The notes under the pieces: generated by a model | What the model was told of the DNA's origin: nothing | Seen by the model: the letters and a program-made list of their open reading frames with translations, nothing else | The model's database searches: none | DNA from: Yuukianura sp. NJ FZ-2021 | Lineage: Eukaryota | Direction: 5' to 3' | DNA length: 64,000 nt | Assembly (NCBI GenBank): GCA_046563655.1 | Contig: CM102287.1 | Coordinates: 806,001 to 870,000, forward strand | In this document: piece after piece, positions 26,655 to 38,814 of the stretch | How positions within the stretch are numbered: the first letter of the stretch is position 1 | Layout: the number at the start of each line of letters is the position of its first letter | Program-made: the position numbers and the translations under genes

Positions 26655-29600
26655 TATTGCTCAAACATAAGTAAACTTACTGTTCTACGGTACTGCAGGC
26701 GTTGAGTCTGAGGGTAGTTACTGGGCCGTCGGGTTGTGAGGACCAAAACTGACGAGCTGAGGTGTTATCTGTTCATGTTCGTGGAGAGAGAAAGAAAAGA
26801 CTGCGTGGACGTGCATTAGATTTACTTGAATTTATACTCTGGTCAATTGTGCGGTTACTTGTCCTCCTAGGAGTTCCGAAAGCTCAATTGTATGACGCAA
26901 GTATACCTCGGGCCAACATTGAGACATCATATCCCAACGCTATGCCAAAAGTTTGAGTCTGGGGTTGAATGGGGTGGAATCGGTCCCACGCCAATCTCCA
27001 CTCCGGGAACTTGCTCTGACCACTGAGCCACAAAGACCCATCGCATATCTTACTGTCTCGCAACTACTTGCCCAATCTTTCGTTCCGTCACAACTAGGAA
27101 AGAAGCTGGCTGCCAGAGAGTTGTCAAGGCGATTTTCTAAGTTTTTCTCTAGACTAGACGGGAAATAAGGCTTGATTTCAACAAAATTTTTGCAAACATT
27201 TTCAAAGGGACGAAAACGGTTTTTTTTTTCGCTGTGTGAAGTCGATTTCACACACCAACCGCTAATTTGAATTGAAGCAATCATTTACATGTTTTTGCGT
27301 TCGGTGTGAAACTGGCTTAAGCGCCATTTTTTCTCTTGGTGACGGGATATTTTTTGGTTTCAAAATAATCAGGCTTAGTTCCCTTCTAAAAATAAAATTC
27401 TTTGCTGGCTGCCACTTGCGTGATTACACTTGTAATCAAGATAGTGTGTATTTAGCACGCGACCGCTTCACTTAGGGTGAAGTAGACGGATGGTTTGTAT
27501 AGTTAGCCTGACCACTTTCCAATGCGAGTACGCGCTAAACATTACTGCAAAAGCAAGACGCTGCACAAATGAAAAAATGTGAGGGGATTGGTGCTAGAAA
27601 AAAAAAAGAGTTAAGGCTAAAACCAGAAAAGCAGAAGTCAGGTTATGTTCTTCAGCATTATGGATTCTGCGTTGTATGATGCGGTTAGCGACGATTTAGG
27701 CTTTAACGTAAGATCAAAATTCCGTCTCAAAGTCATAATCCATAGGCAGAGCCGAGGAAAATTCTATACTAGAAATTTGCGCGGTGCGATACTGTAGAAC
27801 CGTTGATGTATGTAATTTGGGACAGTGGCACGAGTTGGCACGAGTCCGCAACGTTTTATGTTGGTAGTAAAGAGAGTGGGGCCAACTTGGCACCACGTGG
27901 GTGGAAATAGTTTTCCAGTTCAGAGCTCAATGTAGTTAGCATTTTGCAAAACTTCTTTTGCAACAAGTCCGTTTCCAATAATCGCATTAACAGCATCACC
28001 ACGCGTAAGACCAATACACAACCCTTGAGCATTGATCTTCCGCGATTATCCACCGACAACCGCCGAGACTGACGGACAGTTTAATTTCACAAATAGTAAA
28101 TTCCGGATTCAAGCTTCCTTGACAACCTTATGTCTTCTCTAACAGGATGAGTAATACCTCCGTTGTTCACCAAAAAAAAATAATGAAAATAACAAAAAAT
28201 TTAGTACCATTATGCCAATGCCAAAATAACTTGGGACCCATAAAAAGAGTTTTGATTCTCGAAACTGTTTCCCGTTTCGATTCACACGTTAAAAACCGTA
28301 GCTCCCAAAATTGTAACCTGTTGCTAACAGTAACGTTTCTCAGTGTAATTGTAAGTCCAGCATCTGAATTTGGCATTGCAGAAACGTTACAGATTGAAAC
28401 TGGTTCATCACAGACGTCGAACCGGAAATAATTCAGAAATTCATTCGAGTATGGACGTTCCTCAGGATCGGACACTTGAAATTTAAAGTTTAAAGCTGCA
28501 ACTCATATTGTTTCTGACTGGAAGCATTTATAAGCAAAAAAAATTGAAAAAGTCGGAATTTCTTCATTTATCATTCATTTATATATTTCATATATGACAA
28601 CGGATTTGTGAAGGTGTGAACTGAAAGTGAACTTTCTTTCAAAATTGAAAGAAAACATGAGGTAGTGCGCAACCTTGTAAGGAAAAATAAATGTATAAAC
28701 CTTGTACTTGATGTGCAGTATTTTGCGCCCACTCCAAAGCGTTTAGTGATTTCAGAGTTTGAAAGCTGATTAAAGGAAAATTTCCAACACCATTGTTATG
28801 AACCTCTGCGATAATTGAAAGCAAATAACAGGGTGCGGTTGAAAGTTATTTGAAGGCTGAATGAATTTGTAATATGAACTGTATCAAATTTTCAAAGATC
28901 CTTTGACGCCCAAAGTCAATGCGCGTTGAGTATTAGTAAAAAAAAGTTCTTGTCTGAAAGAATACGTTTCAACATTGGAAGAAATTAATGACCAGGAAAA
29001 CCAGTTTTTTGCAAAATGCTGTGTGCTACATGTGTGTTATTTTTGTTTTCTGCTTATTTTTTGTCCTTGCTACAGCATCTGTCTTGTCCGAAATCCTTCG
29101 TATGGTGTAAATTAATTGCGTAGAATTTGCGAAGTTGTAAAAACCCATGCTAATAATTACGCAGCAAAAAAGCAAGCAAAAAAGATTGGACTGTGTGAAG
29201 AATAAAGATTACGTATTTTTCCCCTTGTTGCGACGAGAATGTGATCATGTGCTTCCTTGAGTAGGTTGGGGATGAGATTTACGCCCAAGTGAATATGCTT
29301 TTGTTGTGCCTGAAACTGGTTTTCGTGTTAAGGTGTGTCTACTAATCCCATCGTCATGCTTCTGCCGGAGTATGGACATTGTAATGTAACAGATTCAAAA
29401 GCAAGTAAAATTATGCTTCCTGGAGTGGACAACTGAATGGGTCTTTAATAAAAAGAAACAAAAACTACTACAAAAAAAAAAGAAATGAAAATGAGAATCT
29501 GAATGTTTCCTCGTCGCAGTTTTCCGTAAACCTAGAGCCACCAAGGCCACAAAAGTGATCTCCTGAAATTTTTACGCTTTCACCCTAGCTCCTGCGTGAT

Positions 29601-30110
29601 TTTCATAGTTTGCTGCAAAACGCAACAGCAAATCGTACGCGCATAGAATGCAGGAAAACATTGGTAGACAGGCGAATCACTGTTGCATTGTAATTAATTG
29701 TGGTGTAACTAAACCTAATAGGGGAGTTATTATGAATCCCGTAGTCACACAGTGGATTTCGATGCTAATTAACCCTCATACAGCTAACGGAAGAACTTGG
29801 TTATGTTAGTCATGCTGGTATGGTTAAGTGAAACAAGTGTAGGTCCCATTGCAACCATCCCCGCCGTTGAAAGCAATTTATGTTAGGTCAATAGCTGCAT
29901 CTGCTAGTCTAGTCGGTTAGCTACACTAGTTAGCTAACCGTTTCCGGTATAAAAAATAGAATTAAAATTCGGAGATGGAAGGAAAAATAACGATTATGGA
30001 CAAGAGTATCACCCTGTAGTCATTTAATTGTAACCAAATTTGTTGTCTCGCTATATTATTTGAGTTTAGTAAAATAACCTTAAATAAAAGAAATCTATAT
30101 CTGAATAAAT

Positions 30111-30574
30111 TATGGCTGACAGGTTATATGTGTGAAATCTAAATGGATTTGCGTTCTGGCCTTAGCATGTCGGTTGTAAAACTTTGCGCGGATGTTATCA
30201 AAGTGCGCATAAGGTGTTATAACGTTGACGGCACGGAACCAAAGTTCTTGACCAATTTCTGAACACACTATGGCTGAACAGGTTCTGTTATGTGAAATCT
30301 GCATGAAGTTGCGATCTCGCCTTAGCATGTAGGTTGAAAAGCCTTGCGCGGATGTTATCAAGGTGCGCATAAGTTGTTATAACGTTGACGGCACGGAACC
30401 AAAGTTCTTGACCAATTTCTGAACACACTATGGCTGAACAGGTTCTGTTATGTGAAATCTGCATGGAGTTGCGATCTCGCCTTAGCATGTAGGTTGAAAA
30501 GCCTTGCGCGGATGTTATCAAAGTGCGCATAAGTTGTTATAACGTGGACGGCATGGAACCAAAGTTCTCAACCA
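30111..30574. repeat. 160-bp tandem repeat (~3 copies) in the leader of the LTR element
   Basis: TATGGCTGA(A)CAGGTT...GGAACCAAAGTTCT recurs at ~30111, 30269 and 30429. Confidence 0.9.
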
Positions 30575-30801
30575 ACTTTACGTGTGTTGGGATTGTATTT
30601 GCTAGTTTCCTAACGTGAAATAATATATAAACGCTCAATGTATTGCCGATGTATTGAGCAACATGTCGCCTTAAGGGTTTGGCTGATTGTGGTTTTGGTT
30701 TTGTAGGTTTCGCAATGATAATTACTATTATAACGAAAAAGAAAAAAAAACGTACCCTACATTACCTGTTGTTCTATTACCTTAACTGGGCAAGAAAGTC
30801 G

Positions 30802-30818
30802 ATCCGGTCGAAGGGCCA
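30802..30818 (-). promoter_or_regulatory. Primer-binding site, tRNA-Tyr-like
   Basis: Minus strand TGGCCCTTCGACCGGAT, 4 nt after the LTR end, resembles the tRNA-Tyr PBS TGGTCCTTCGAGCCGGAT. Confidence 0.75.
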
Positions 30819-30822
30819 TTTA

Positions 30823-31255
30823 TGTGACCTCCCAGCCAGGGTGAACCTGGACATGGGTCACACACGTCGCCGCTTGGTCGGCGGTCCACTGGTTCATCGA
30901 CCTCTGTGCCCAGGTCCGAACACCACCGAGGTGGCGCAGGTCCTGGGTGCCAGCTCTAAGAATCGTGGCTGAGGAATATGGCTGAATGCTGTCTCAAGGA
31001 AAGTCGTAGACGAAGGCAAAGGGTGGCTACGTTCCTTTATTGTCTCTAGAATCTCCCTACTCCAGTGACTGGACTCCGCCGTGACTCTCGGTCGGAAGAG
31101 GAACCATCTGGAAGATAGTTCCTCCTCGACCAAGCGCTCATCACTCACTGACTGACCATCGGGATATGACTGAGATCCTAGCCTCATCCCGAGTGCCGTA
31201 ACACACCTCTGCTTGGAGACGAAGTGAGGAATCCCGCCCGGCGGGGTTACTCACA
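30823..31255 (-). repeat. 5' LTR (433 bp)
   Basis: Direct repeat of 21305-21737, TG...CA ends, adjacent PBS. Confidence 0.93.
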
Positions 31256-31687
31256 CAAATGCAAAAGTTTTCTTGAGTTTTTACTTCCTTTTAGCTGCTC
31301 CAAAATGTATGGTTCAGTAACATCTAGAAGATTTTCCACTCTGATGCTGGGATTGGAAATTATACTATCTCCAAGTTGAGTTCCGTAAAAAAGATTTGAT
31401 TCATTTTCGTCTTCTTGAAATCCCTCATGTTCACGGTCACGGTCACCCGCAACATTTTTCACCAAAATTGGTTTGGATTCTAAAATATGACGTTTTTGAT
31501 GGAGACGACGAGCTAGGTCTTGATACAAAATTGCTTTTATGTCATCTGGTATGTTTGAATTTGATAACACGCTCAGTTTCGGGTCTACAGAATCGACGGC
31601 AGGGATAGAAACGTCATTCCCAAATAATTTGGTTTGCTGCTGAATTTTTTGAAAATCTGCTTCGTTCACCAACCTCATTCGCTTCAT
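31256..31687 (-). pseudogene. Polinton accessory ORF (MKRMRLV...), 3' end truncated by the LTR
   Basis: ATG overlaps the upstream stop (ATGA); its stop codon lies inside the LTR; N-terminus resembles MAQKYILV at 53507. Confidence 0.6.
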
Positions 31688-32052
31688 TCCGGATGAGTTT
31701 TCTTTTTGAAGAATCCTACGGCAGTACTAATTAAAGAGGGTAGTACAGCTCCCAACAAAAGAGGTAGTACCGCTCCCCCTTTTTGAGACAAGAGTCGTTT
31801 TTTCTTAAGCTTGAGACTTGACCTGCGTCGTCCCTTGATTATAGCTAGAATTGTTTTCTTGAATGGTTTTAGACGTTTCACTGTGTTTGCCTTAACGCTA
31901 ACGTTCCCTTTGTATACGTTGAGTATACATTCACAAATGCCTTGAATTTCCTCTTTGCTTGCGTTTTTAATCAATTCTCGCCGCTGCTTAGGTGACGTAG
32001 CTTTGGACAAATAGCTCAAAAACTCTCTATTTTGCGCTACACACTTGGACAT
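31684..32052 (-). CDS. Small basic Polinton protein with QKGG motif and hydrophobic tail (protein X-like, putative virion protein)
   Basis: ICECILNVYKGN...KKKRLLSQKGGAVLPLLLG; GG motif resembles an adenain-type cleavage site; a homolog is present at ~52143-52460. Confidence 0.75.
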   Translation of the reverse strand: MSKCVAQNREFLSYLSKATSPKQRRELIKNASKEEIQGICECILNVYKGNVSVKANTVKRLKPFKKTILAIIKGRRRSSLKLKKKRLLSQKGGAVLPLLLGAVLPSLISTAVGFFKKKTHPE

Positions 32053-32153
32053 GTTGACCAGTCAAGGAGTTGGGCGTCAATGAACCTCTTCACGCCAGAA
32101 GCTGCTAACAATAAAGACCATGACACTTGTCGCATTTTAACTTAGTCGTCAAA

Positions 32154-33086
32154 ATGTCAGAGCTAGACAAACAAATCAAAAAGGATTACGTAAATCCAAA
32201 TGTCCAGCACAGCTTTTCGGGTGCATATCAAGTTAAAAAAAGTTTGAAAAATCATTCAAAAGATGTCGAGCAGTCACTCTACTCCATACCAGCATATACT
32301 CTGCACAAACGAGCTCGAAAAAGATATCCTAGGAGAAGAGTATTCATTCCTGGACTCAAGCAACAAATGGTTGCAGATTTGATTGACGTAAGCAAGTATA
32401 GCGACTCAAACAACGGATACAAGTTCTTGTTGACTTGCATCAATGGGTTTAGTAAAGTTGCTGACGCAATCCCACTGAAGAATAAAAATGCACCAACTGT
32501 TAGGAATGCTATGGCAAAGATTATTGAGAAGCGAGGACCTTGCAAATACTTGCAAGTTGACCGGGGCAAAGAATTCATCAACAAAACTGTGGAGAAGCTA
32601 CTCAAACAGCATGGAATCCATTTGTTCAGTACAGGATCCGAGTTGAAGGCGGTAATTGTGGAGAGATTCAATCAGACTCTTATGAATAGAATTGCTCGGT
32701 ACATGACATACAAAGAAACGGAGAAATTTTACGACGTACTGCCTGCGATTGTTGAGAATTACAACAATTCATACCACTCATCCATCAAATGCACACCAAA
32801 TCAAGTCAACGAAGAAACGAAAACTGACGTTTTTCTAAATCTCTACAATGACAGAGTCGTGAAACGTCGTAAAAAGACGAAATTTTCCGTTGGGGACACT
32901 GTTCTAATTAGTAAAATCAAGAAAATCTTTGAAAAAGGCTACTCGAGGTCTTGGAATCGAGAGCAGTTCAAGGTTTCCAAAGTTTTTTATACTACTCCAA
33001 CCAGCTATCAGCTTCAGGATTTGAAAGGAGAGTTCATATTTGGTGTATTTTATGATCCGGAACTCCAGAAAGTTCTTCATTCCTAA
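32154..33086 (+). CDS. Retroviral-like (rve) DDE integrase of Polinton type
   Basis: YTLHK..RKRYPRR; catalytic ADLID, VDRGKEF, IVERFNQTL; YNNSYHSSIKCTP; FYDPELQKV; first ATG at 32154. Confidence 0.95.
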   Translation: MSELDKQIKKDYVNPNVQHSFSGAYQVKKSLKNHSKDVEQSLYSIPAYTLHKRARKRYPRRRVFIPGLKQQMVADLIDVSKYSDSNNGYKFLLTCINGFSKVADAIPLKNKNAPTVRNAMAKIIEKRGPCKYLQVDRGKEFINKTVEKLLKQHGIHLFSTGSELKAVIVERFNQTLMNRIARYMTYKETEKFYDVLPAIVENYNNSYHSSIKCTPNQVNEETKTDVFLNLYNDRVVKRRKKTKFSVGDTVLISKIKKIFEKGYSRSWNREQFKVSKVFYTTPTSYQLQDLKGEFIFGVFYDPELQKVLHS

Positions 33087-33266
33087 CCTTACAGTCGACT
33101 GGTGATGAACTGTGGTTGCATTTTTAGTATCTGGAGATCATTTTCCGAATTTTTGTGTAAACGAAATTCTACAACTACAATCACAGTGTGTAAATCCTTC
33201 TCTTGCAACTGCAACTTGAACAAATCGTCACGAGGACAATCTGTGAAACTTCATCCAACTCAAGAA

Positions 33267-33560
33267 ATGGCTACTCCTGGACCAACCTTTGTACCATCCG
33301 AAGACATGGAAGGCCACGAAAGTTCTCCACCATACACTCTACACTCAACTCGTCAAAAGAAAAAGAAGCATTATCCAGCCCACACCCGCAAAGTATCATC
33401 GGATGGATGGACCCTCTTTTTTGCTGATCATCTTGGGAATACTACAGACAACTCGTATCTTCACATCCGAAACCAGTCGGAACCGGGTGTTGGAATCTGC
33501 ATTCCTGCAGATTTGTTTGACTGTCTAGTTCAAGGACTACTAGAACTCAAACGAACTTGA
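33267..33560 (+). CDS. Small protein, possible PC4-like ssDNA-binding domain
   Basis: YLHIR...GICIPADLFDCLVQGL resembles the PC4 pattern yvdIR...GIsL...f..L; ATG at 33267. Confidence 0.45.
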   Translation: MATPGPTFVPSEDMEGHESSPPYTLHSTRQKKKKHYPAHTRKVSSDGWTLFFADHLGNTTDNSYLHIRNQSEPGVGICIPADLFDCLVQGLLELKRT

Positions 33561-33578
33561 GGGTAAGTTACCTTGAAT

Positions 33579-34235
33579 CTATTTTTTCAAATAGACGATG
33601 CATGACGGGTCGGGAAAAAGATTTGAACGGAAACGGTGTTCGTCATCCTGTTGTTGACTCAAGTCCAAAAACAAGTAGCTGTTTGGCTTGTTTTTGGTTG
33701 CATCCTCGTAAGCAGCTTCAAGGACTGGATGACTTTTTCCATTGTTCATCTGTCTTCCCAGAAACTGAACAATTGTAGAGTCTCTTGGATTTCGAAATAA
33801 CGCCAAGTATTTGCTGTTTAACGTCAAGTTTCTGCAGTTTTTGTAGAAAAAGTTTTGCATTGTAATGATTAGAGACATTGATCTATGATGACTCCCTCGT
33901 GTCACCATTGTGCAAACTTCCTTGGACATTGCAATCTCTTCCATAAAGTCGTCGAGAATTACGAGAGTGGGAACTCGGTTCCCCTCGGCCACGTCCACCT
34001 CCATACCCTTTTGAAATTCCACACAAACGCCCTCCTTGTCCTTGAAAGGTTCATGCACAGAACTTGCAAACGAAGGCAAATCTTCGCCGTAGCAATAGAT
34101 TACTCGCTCAATTTTAGGCTCAATCACTTCATCCTTTCTCAAAATTAATTGATGAATTAATGTACTCTTTCCAGATTGCGTGGCTCCTGCACAAACCATC
34201 ACAAACGGATGACTCAGCTCGAAATGAAAACTCAT
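33579..34235 (-). CDS. A32/FtsK-family DNA-packaging ATPase
   Basis: Walker A GATQSGKST, Walker B LVILDD, RGSHH..SLIITMQNFF, FRNPRD, YLFLDL. Confidence 0.95.
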   Translation of the reverse strand: MSFHFELSHPFVMVCAGATQSGKSTLIHQLILRKDEVIEPKIERVIYCYGEDLPSFASSVHEPFKDKEGVCVEFQKGMEVDVAEGNRVPTLVILDDFMEEIAMSKEVCTMVTRGSHHRSMSLIITMQNFFYKNCRNLTLNSKYLALFRNPRDSTIVQFLGRQMNNGKSHPVLEAAYEDATKNKPNSYLFLDLSQQQDDEHRFRSNLFPDPSCIVYLKK

Positions 34236-34326
34236 CTTTACTTCAACTTTTAATCACTTACTATTGGTCAAACAGTCAAATTCAAACTAAAATTTAAATC
34301 TTTATTAAATTGGCTTATATTAGGAC

Positions 34327-37300
34327 TTAAACTTGTTGTTGCATTTGTTCCTGTTGTTGTTCTTCTTGTTGTTGGTACATTGGGATTTGGTAGTGACCAA
34401 ATCGGAGAGACTCAATTGGGGAAATGTAGTAACCAGATTTGTCTTCTAGAGCGGAAAGGCTCTGCTTGCATACGGTCGTAGTGTAAACTCGGTGGTCCAA
34501 ACTTCGAATTGTGGTCATTCTAACGCTGAGTGATGACGACTCGTCTAGCACGCGAAGATAGTCCTCAAAACGGAGTTCATTTCTCACCGCTGCTCTCACC
34601 GTCCCCTTGGCCTTTTTTCGGTCCGAAACGATGTTGTTCTGGTCCAGAGAGCGGACGCAGTACAATTTTGGCTTGAGTGCAACCACTTCAGTCACAATTG
34701 AGTTGGCAAATTCGTCCTTGAAGTAGCCACACTTCCCTTGATGTTGCTGGGAAGACAAGTGTCCGAGGGTTGGATGCTTGGGATCATAGTTGGAAGTGTC
34801 GAGTCGGCAGTCTGGATCTTGGGCCATTTGGTAAAAGTCTTGGTAGAGATCTGGAGTCTTGATGTGCAACAGAAGACTGTCCGTGTCCGTCATAACCAAT
34901 CTCATGTTCTCGCCATACTTTTTCTGCATGACATTGTAGTAGAAATCGTACATTATTCGTTTGCTGTCATCCAAGACCGTAAGTCCAGCACTTATGTGCT
35001 TATTTAAACATACTGAAAGCTTTTTCATCATAAACAAAACGCACTCATCGTGTAAAATTTTGAAACGCTTCACAGTTGGTTTTTTGCCATACTCGAAAAC
35101 TTTCTCACGAGTCAGCGCAATGTTGATTCTCTTGTGCTTTCGAACATTTTGCAACAGTTTCCCAAATACAATGTTACCCATCGCTTTCCAAAACTTGACA
35201 TCAACCGGATTCGTGGCACTTCTCCTTCTCTGGATGCACATTTCAATATAGGGGCGCATAAGTGGTGCCTGCATGAAACGAAGACCTCGGTGGATTTTTG
35301 TCATCTTCAGCCCCAACTGCAAAAACAACTTGAGCAGTCTATAGTGGATAATGTAATTTTTCTTTGGGTAAAAGGTCCCCATCAGTTTGGATTTGTTGAC
35401 TGAGGTCGGTCTAACACCCAAATTTTCCATCACGTTTTTTGTGTAGGGGGACAAGTTTTCATATTCAATGATTCCTCGTTCTACTGCCAGTGGATAGTCA
35501 TTGTGCTGATCATGCAGTTCATCTGGATAGTCCAAGTCCACTTCCAAAATGAGCCCTTCTCTGTCCTCATCTCCCATCCTCAAAATTCTTGCAACTGCAC
35601 TCTCCAAATCTGCGGTTCGTGCCTCAAAGCTCGGATCCCAGCGGAAATTCTTCCAAGGAACAAAGCATCTCAAACATGTGCTGTAGAGAAGATTGGCGTC
35701 CAACAAGCACAAGTAGCTTAGTGGTTTTGATGGGTCGTACTGAGCTCCCATGTAAGGATTGTTTGCTTTTGCATATCGAAGCCCCACAGCACAATTTCCA
35801 CCACGAATTCCTCTCTCACACCACATGTACATGTCATCCATCTTCAAGTAGTCATATTCGACTCTTCCAATCAACATTGCTGCATCATATGCAATTCCTG
35901 GGAGTGTGACGTAATGAGCGGGATCTAAGCGGAAATTTGTAATCATAGTATCTCTCAAATCCTGGAAACAATCTGCCAACAAGCAAACGTCCAACTTCAC
36001 ATAAAGGTTGTGATAGTCTCTCAAGGTTCTACATCCAAACTCTTCCCACACCTTCAGTGCTCTTTCGTAATCTTCGTCGGAAATTCCTTCCCCCCTCAGT
36101 TTACTGTAGAATGCTTCCTTGTCGGGCAGTCCAGTCTCATCCATCTTTTCAAAACTGTCCATGTACTCGTATGGGTAGACTCCCTTTTGAAGCAGAAAAG
36201 ACATTGCTCTTGGATGATTACGAAATGCACTCTTGGTCACTTGGAACTTATTCACATCCTTTTTCGCCATCATTTCCACCAAGTCTGCCAAGCTGGAACT
36301 GATAAACTGATAAGAGTCTATAAACTTGAGCGCGTTTCCGGCATGAGTTGTGCACTCCATTGATGTAAACTTTTCTTCTGACGTGGGTAGGGGTAAAACA
36401 TGTTTGAACAAGTTGCTTTTCAACGCTTGAACTATAAAGTGAGAGTCATAGTTTCGAAAATTGTGAGAAACGATGGGAATTTTTTGGTGACTTGAAGTTG
36501 TAAGTTGCAATTATTGCAACTCACTCCTCGGATACGTCCCGTGAGGTGACAATGGTCAATTACTGTGTCTCTCACATTTTGAAACCCAGCACCACAGTGG
36601 ATGCAGTTTGTGGCTGCCGCTCTCATATTATAAAAATCGATTTCAGTGTATGATGGGTCACGTCCAACATCTTGCTTCAATTTTGTAAAATATGGTTCAG
36701 TAATGTTCACCAAATCTTCGAGTAAATGCTGTGCAGCGTTTCGACCGCAAAAGGTCAATGGTTCTTCACACATCCTCCCGGTTGGTCCTACAAGAACAAA
36801 ACCGTAGCCACAGTCAACGTGTTCATTCAGCACATTTCCAATTCGCATTGTTCCACTTTCTTGACGTAAAATGCACTCAAAGTCACAAACAATGACAAAC
36901 GACACAGGTAGTGTGTGGCGAATGTGCTTGAATGTGTACTTGAATTCTGGTGGAAAGCATACTCCCTGCGGTTCTACGGCAGCACAAAAACTTGATGTCG
37001 TTCTAGTGTTGCCTTGGACTCCCAATAATGAAGACAAAAGTTGCAAATGTACTTCTGATTATACCTCTCGTTTTTTCCCAACAGACGAGACAACCCGAGG
37101 GATGGATTTTCATCTGTTTGCTTCAGCAAAACAAAGTGTGAGTTGCTACCTTCAATTAGTAACAACAGATCAATGTGTTTTTCTCTTTTCTCACGGCAAA
37201 CATATAGCGGAAACACTTTCATTTTCTGTTTTGCGTAATTTGGATCTAGTTCGTCGACTGCTTCATAACCATACACATTCACTGATAGTCTAGTGTTAAA

Positions 37301-38146
37301 GTGTAAAAACTTGTCCATTTGCTCCGTATCCATGGGAAACTGGATACAATCCCAGTCGACTGCATGAGGAAAATTGTCGTAGCTTCTCGGGTCCGTAATT
37401 TTATACCAATGAGCAGAGTCGTTCTTATACAGCGGGTGCAACTCCGACAAAATTGCATATTTGAAACACTGGTCGTCAGAATTTCTAATGTTCACAACAC
37501 ATCCCTTCCTGGACATATGAGCAGGCGTCGCAATCCAGCCATCTCCACGCTGCATTCGGTACACGGAAAATTTGAATGTAATCCATTTGAATCGACTAAC
37601 ACGCCATCCAGAGCCCTTCCTCAAGAATGCGGCTATTGTATCTCCAATTTTGTTTGACATAAGCCGAAGGGTATTTTGAATCATTCTGGGTTCTAAGGTG
37701 ATGTGCGTAAATGAACGGAATGGAAAATCCTCAACTTGTTGTTCAGTGTTACTTCCATGAACTTGTCTTGTCATTTCAACTAGTGCAACACTGCTCACCA
37801 AATACGACCCGATTTCACCATGAATCCTTCTCATCAATTCCCGCAAAGTTGCTGAACAGTGGGCAAAGACACCAGCCACATCCACAAACACATCTTCATC
37901 AAACGTTGCGGTATACTCGCGCGTGGTACCGCCGAAAGCAGTCAATTCATCGAAATGTACTTCATTCTCTGGAGCACTTCCACCCTGTTGGTTTTCAACA
38001 GAAGGATACAGTTCTGGGTGAGTATTGTACTGGTGCTCATCCAACTGCCCAGGATACTCAAAATTTATTCCACACTGAGCACAAAATCGTCTCTTGTAAT
38101 TCCTCAATTCCAACGCAACAGCATCTCGCTCTAAATTGAAGGACAA
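34327..38146 (-). CDS. polB: Protein-primed family B DNA polymerase, read across two 1-nt frameshifts (~36988 and ~36483)
   Basis: N-terminal C2H2 and terminal-protein region (GSGW, NIRNSDDQCF), Exo CDFEC, DHCHLTG, HNFRNYDSHF, DSYQF, KGVYPYEY, DANLLY, KAMGNIVFGK, TDTDS; three overlapping ORFs join at homopolymer runs. Confidence 0.93.
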
Positions 38147-38183
38147 GATTATTTTTAGAAAAAAATTTCATCATCATGACATT

Positions 38184-38645
38184 CTAACCTTCCGTCGGTT
38201 GGTGCTGAAGGGGTACAGATGCCGCCCGTGAACTACTTGTACCAGCAATGAGACCTAAAAATAACCAACAACAATCAAAACTCTGCTCTCGAATTATTAA
38301 TTTGCGATTACCTGGTAATTGAATACCTGGATGCAGTTGTTGAATGTGACTTATAAAATCTCGTTCAGAAAGCCCCCTCAAGTTACATGTTTCGCATCCG
38401 TACTGTCTTCCAGCGAATGCTCCCGACGCATCATAATGCTCAGTTTGAATGTCTTCTAACAATTCACCTATTGTAACAAGAATTTTAAAAACAATGCGTA
38501 TTACTGTATCAATTGTTTTAAGCTTACCAGGTATTTCAATGTCCAGATGGGTTGTTTGGACGTGATGTAAGAATTGTTGTGCACCTAAATTTTGCAATTG
38601 GCATCTGTCACAAGAGTAAAATCTACTAGAACTGAAACCAGACAT
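38184..38645 (-). CDS. Protein with two C2H2-type zinc-finger repeats
   Basis: CDRC...HVQTTH and CETC...HIQQLH, each followed by I.[IL]PG; ATG at 38645. Confidence 0.6.
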   Translation of the reverse strand: MSGFSSSRFYSCDRCQLQNLGAQQFLHHVQTTHLDIEIPGKLKTIDTVIRIVFKILVTIGELLEDIQTEHYDASGAFAGRQYGCETCNLRGLSERDFISHIQQLHPGIQLPGNRKLIIREQSFDCCWLFLGLIAGTSSSRAASVPLQHQPTEG

Positions 38646-38814
38646 TTTTCTCCTCCCTGCATGTGTACTGGTTAAAGGCAACTGAGCAGTGGATTTTCTT
38701 CAAAATGTTACCCTGCTTCACTCAAATGTTTGAGTTGCAAGTTCCAAACCACATTCGCTTTAGACTGTATGAGAAAAAAAATCCTTCCAAAAAAATCCCC
38801 CGACACAAATCGGA

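Larger units (their letters stand above)
21305..31255 (-). mobile_element. Non-autonomous LTR retrotransposon-like element (~9.95 kb) with near-identical LTRs and no intact pol
   Basis: 433-bp direct repeats TGTGA...TCACA at both ends (one mismatch seen); PBS and PPT define minus orientation; only gag/protease remnants inside. Confidence 0.85.

Noticed and set aside
26931..26947. Possible second PBS (TGGCATAGCGTTGGGAT on minus, tRNA-Leu-like) upstream of gag, implying a nested Gypsy
   Set aside because: Weak match and no flanking LTR pair found by eye
23374..29500. Fragmentary ORFs inside the LTR element, outside gag/protease, as possible env or captured receptor genes
   Set aside because: No recognisable motif or consistent exon structure; cannot be called without searches
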